A stretch of DNA of 28,867 nucleotides from an uncultured virus (IMG/VR IMGVR_UViG_3300032335_000575) (Duplodnaviria; Heunggongvirae; Uroviricota; Caudoviricetes), in the IMG/VR virus record IMGVR_UViG_3300032335_000575; one strand, written 5' to 3'. The notes below the pieces were generated by a model, which ran no database searches, had not been told where the DNA came from, and saw only the letters and a program-made list of their open reading frames with translations. Numbering within the stretch: the stretch's first letter is position 1; each line of letters starts with the position of its first letter. Made by a program: the position numbers and the translations under genes. Positions 26,637 to 28,867 of the stretch are shown here, in pieces.

Positions 26637-26740
26637 TGTGGATAAGTCTCCTGAAATCGTTATAAAGCTGTAACCAAATGGGGGAAGATATTTGCGCCAC
26701 TTAATGTTAGAGTAACTACATGAGCAGAGATACTGTTCAT
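26637..26740 (+). promoter_or_regulatory. Cassette head 4
   Basis: TGTGGATAA at 26637, GTTAT-aaagct-GTAAC at 26659, extended -10 TGtTAGAGT (hexamer at 26708), hairpin ATGAGCAG/CTGTTCAT. Confidence 0.7.
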
Positions 26741-26821
26741 AGAAGAGGAGCAATCATGAATAACCTCTTATTGAACGTCAATAAGGTGAGAGTGTAACTA
26801 ATAGGATGGGGGGTGATATAA

Positions 26822-27217
26822 GTGTTCTCAATGCCAAATGCAATTCTCGTAATTACTGATACTGTGCCTAACCCAATGCGGGAAGGCAAGTTCTTTACGT
26901 CCATGTCGAAACTAACATGGCTCAATGAAGCCAATGAGGTTATAACCAATTATGGTTGTAACACCTGTGGCGTCATTCAATCTTCACAACCGCAGATGTC
27001 TATCCACGTGGGTACCCACAATGGTAAGGACGGAAAGCGTAAGCCTAAATTAGTCCGCAAGATGACTAAGTCCGAGCGCCGTGAGGCTGCCGTCGGTGAA
27101 GTCCAACGCACGATAGATGACCTTATCGCAGAGCGCGATAAGTATAAATCTCTAGCGCGTCTCTATGCACGACGACTAAAAGCAATCAGCGAGTCTATAG
27201 ACACCTCGCTCCTGTAA
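26822..27217 (+). CDS. C2H2 zinc-finger + coiled-coil protein
   Basis: YGCNTCG...MSIHVGTH followed by a basic segment and coiled coil. Confidence 0.75.
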   Translation: MFSMPNAILVITDTVPNPMREGKFFTSMSKLTWLNEANEVITNYGCNTCGVIQSSQPQMSIHVGTHNGKDGKRKPKLVRKMTKSERREAAVGEVQRTIDDLIAERDKYKSLARLYARRLKAISESIDTSLL

Positions 27218-27243
27218 ATTTCTCCCCCCACGGAGAAATACCC

Positions 27244-27284
27244 GATAGCCCTAGCGCAGAACACCGCTAGGGCTATCTTTGTTT
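27244..27284 (+). terminator. Intrinsic terminator
   Basis: GATAGCCCTAGCG-loop-CGCTAGGGCTATC-TTTGTTT. Confidence 0.8.
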
Positions 27285-27363
27285 GTGTTGGGCTATCTGG
27301 CTGGCAATGAAACTTTTCTATCAATTAATGTATTAGTTGATAGCCAGATAGCCCAACACAAAC
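27281..27363. repeat. Foldback palindromic element C
   Basis: 22-bp arms GTTTGTGTTGGGCTATCTGGCT/AGCCAGATAGCCCAACACAAAC plus an inner AT-rich stem. Confidence 0.9.
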
Positions 27364-27373
27364 TCTGGCAGCC

Positions 27374-27472
27374 TGTGGATAACTTCCCTGGAAACGTTAT
27401 CAAAAATTTACCGTATTGGTTTGCACGAGAGACTACTTACTATTAGATTAGGACATGTAGGAAATACCTACA
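27374..27472 (+). promoter_or_regulatory. Cassette head 5
   Basis: TGTGGATAA at 27374, GTTAT-caaaaa-TTTAC at 27396, TTGCAC-N17-TAGATT at 27421-27449, hairpin TGTAGG/CCTACA. Confidence 0.75.
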
Positions 27473-27488
27473 GAGAAGAGGGGATAAA

Positions 27489-27983
27489 GTGATTATCCAA
27501 GACGGAGTTACTCTCTATGGTGAGAGTGACGTTACCGAACTGAAGATAGTTTGGGAAAAGCAGTGCGTTGAGAATGTCACCGCACGAGTAGAGGGACAGA
27601 TACAGGATAGCCTTATTACTGTATTCAAGCGCGAGATTGGTCATGGCAACATGTCCAAGGACTACGCCGTTGAACTTTACAACAAAATAGCCGACGAAAA
27701 TCGTTGGACACATGTATCACAAATTGCAGTTACATACAATGTAACAGTAACCCTATTCGGCGACAGTATCCTGTTCGTTGAAAATGTCGAGGCTGACTCT
27801 GAGGAAGACGCATGCGATAAGGTTACTGAAGAAATTGACTTCTCAGATATCGAGGTCAACTTTACAGTTAGCGCCCTTGGGGAGGACGCTTCCGCTACAG
27901 TTACTGACGACAGTTACTACGTCGACTTCAGCGGTATCCTGCGCGACAACATTGAGGTCAGCGCCGAAGAAAACGAGGATTAG
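27489..27983 (+). CDS. Acidic hypothetical early protein
   Basis: 164 aa, D/E-rich C-half with VEADSEEDA motif; RBS GAGGGG. Confidence 0.75.
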   Translation: MIIQDGVTLYGESDVTELKIVWEKQCVENVTARVEGQIQDSLITVFKREIGHGNMSKDYAVELYNKIADENRWTHVSQIAVTYNVTVTLFGDSILFVENVEADSEEDACDKVTEEIDFSDIEVNFTVSALGEDASATVTDDSYYVDFSGILRDNIEVSAEENED

Positions 27984-27999
27984 TAGCCCCTCTACTAAT

Positions 28000-28039
28000 A
28001 AGCCCCCTGCCATGGACGTGTGGCAGGGGGCTTCTTTCT
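28000..28039 (+). terminator. Intrinsic terminator
   Basis: AAGCCCCCTGCCA-loop-TGGCAGGGGGCTT-CTTTCT. Confidence 0.8.
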
Positions 28040-28053
28040 GCCGTAAGACTATT

Positions 28054-28136
28054 GTTTGTGTTGGGCTTGCTTAGCTATTACTGCTTTATATGCTTTATGG
28101 CGTAGCCATAAAGCGCTAAGCAAGCCCAACACAAAC
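28054..28136. repeat. Foldback palindromic element D
   Basis: 22-bp arms GTTTGTGTTGGGCTTGCTTAGC/GCTAAGCAAGCCCAACACAAAC plus inner stem GCTTTATGGC/GCCATAAAGC. Confidence 0.9.
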
Positions 28137-28142
28137 TCTGCC

Positions 28143-28219
28143 TGTGGATAACCTACGAGAAATCGTTATACAACTGTAACCATAAGAGTATTCCCTATGT
28201 GAGAGAGATAGGGTAAATT
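28143..28219 (+). promoter_or_regulatory. Cassette head 6
   Basis: TGTGGATAA at 28143, GTTAT-acaact-GTAAC at 28165, TTCCCT-N17-TAAATT at 28191-28219. Confidence 0.7.
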
Positions 28220-28253
28220 AGTAACCGCACCAAAGGGATAAGGAGATATACCT

Positions 28254-28763
28254 ATGACTATGACGAGAGATGAGCGAAAGTATCGCTTTTCGGAAATCAT
28301 ATCCGCAATACATCTACAAGATGAAGAAGAAAATAATCCTATGCTACCGCAAGGAACACTAGGGCTATCAGACGGCAGACTAAAGAGCGCGATTATGTGC
28401 CAAGTATTCAAGGAGAAAGAGGAGTTTCAGATGAAACTCGTCAATGCGCTCGCCAACACCGCGTTAGAACCGCTAAGTGAGGAAAACGAACCTAGCGACG
28501 ACGACCTATCAGCACTATCTATCGCTATCCACACCGCTTGGGGTATGGGTGCGTTCCAACCACTACTAAGCCTATTGGGCGTGGCTGGTAAGGTTAGTGC
28601 GGTTTATGATATAAGCCTACCTGAGGACATCAGCCTAGTGCTTCGTCCTAACGCGTTCGCCAAGAAGTTCGGCAAGTTTGACCCATATATGATTATGGAC
28701 GAGGAACAAGATGAGCAAATCATCTCACTACTAAAGGGAGAACGAGACAATGACGACGACTAA
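28254..28763 (+). CDS. Hypothetical early protein
   Basis: 169 aa, RBS AAGGAG. Confidence 0.75.
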   Translation: MTMTRDERKYRFSEIISAIHLQDEEENNPMLPQGTLGLSDGRLKSAIMCQVFKEKEEFQMKLVNALANTALEPLSEENEPSDDDLSALSIAIHTAWGMGAFQPLLSLLGVAGKVSAVYDISLPEDISLVLRPNAFAKKFGKFDPYMIMDEEQDEQIISLLKGERDNDDD

Positions 28764-28867
28764 GGTTATCAACGGCGTAAAAATGGTAGAGATACCATTC
28801 GCTATCAACTTCAATGTATGTATCGAGGAACACAAGTATCTCGAATATGCCACAAGTGGAGTGCCCA
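28750..28867 (+). CDS. Hypothetical protein (partial)
   Basis: ATG at 28750 after AAGGGAG; MTTTKVINGVKMVEIPF... open to the window end. Confidence 0.55.
   Translation, partial: MTTTKVINGVKMVEIPFAINFNVCIEEHKYLEYATSGVP

Noticed and set aside
25275..28136. Palindromes as integron attC sites
   Set aside because: GTTGGGC and GCCCAAC cores occur, but in the order GTT...AAC, the reverse of attC (RYYYAAC...GTTRRRY). Cassettes carry their own promoters and no integrase is in the window.
25275..28136. Palindromes as MITEs or IS ends
   Set aside because: No consistent target-site duplication, no transposase, interiors unrelated, and position is strictly fixed relative to terminators and promoters.
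23742..28151. Host chromosomal oriC (prophage junction or chimera)
   Set aside because: Boxes are dispersed about one per promoter among phage-type genes, there is no dnaA/dnaN/rpmH, and GATC/CCGG avoidance appears on both sides of the switch.
23739..28219. CRISPR array
   Set aside because: Repeats are separated by 0.7-1.3 kb of genes rather than 30-40 bp spacers, and no cas genes are present.

Overview
Fragment of a tailed dsDNA phage genome. The gene families, leaderless/TANNNT promoters and actinobacterial-style DnaA boxes point to an actinobacterial host, probably freshwater; this is inference. Bases 1-23.6 kb are almost all minus-strand late genes: N4-gp56-type major capsid, scaffold, portal, large terminase, KTSC protein, membrane proteins, a GlcNAc-transferase/2OG-Fe(II)-oxygenase/FN3-Hint cluster, CHAP endolysin, a PA14 surface protein and many small basic proteins. 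They share a recurring late-type promoter, TTTAGC-CTGACA-N17-(G/C)ACA(A/C)T. At about 23.7 kb coding switches to the + strand and becomes an array of six self-contained expression cassettes. Each follows the same fixed-spacing pattern: terminator, ~80-bp foldback palindrome with conserved ends GTTTGTG(T/C)TGGG...CCCA(A/G)CACAAAC (complete at four junctions), DnaA box, GTTAT-N6-GTAAC-like repeat, sigma-70-type promoter, leader hairpin and G-rich RBS. This cassette system and a possible phage hydroxyproline-glycosylation pathway are the main candidates for undescribed biology. All family calls come from motif recognition by eye; no database search was run.
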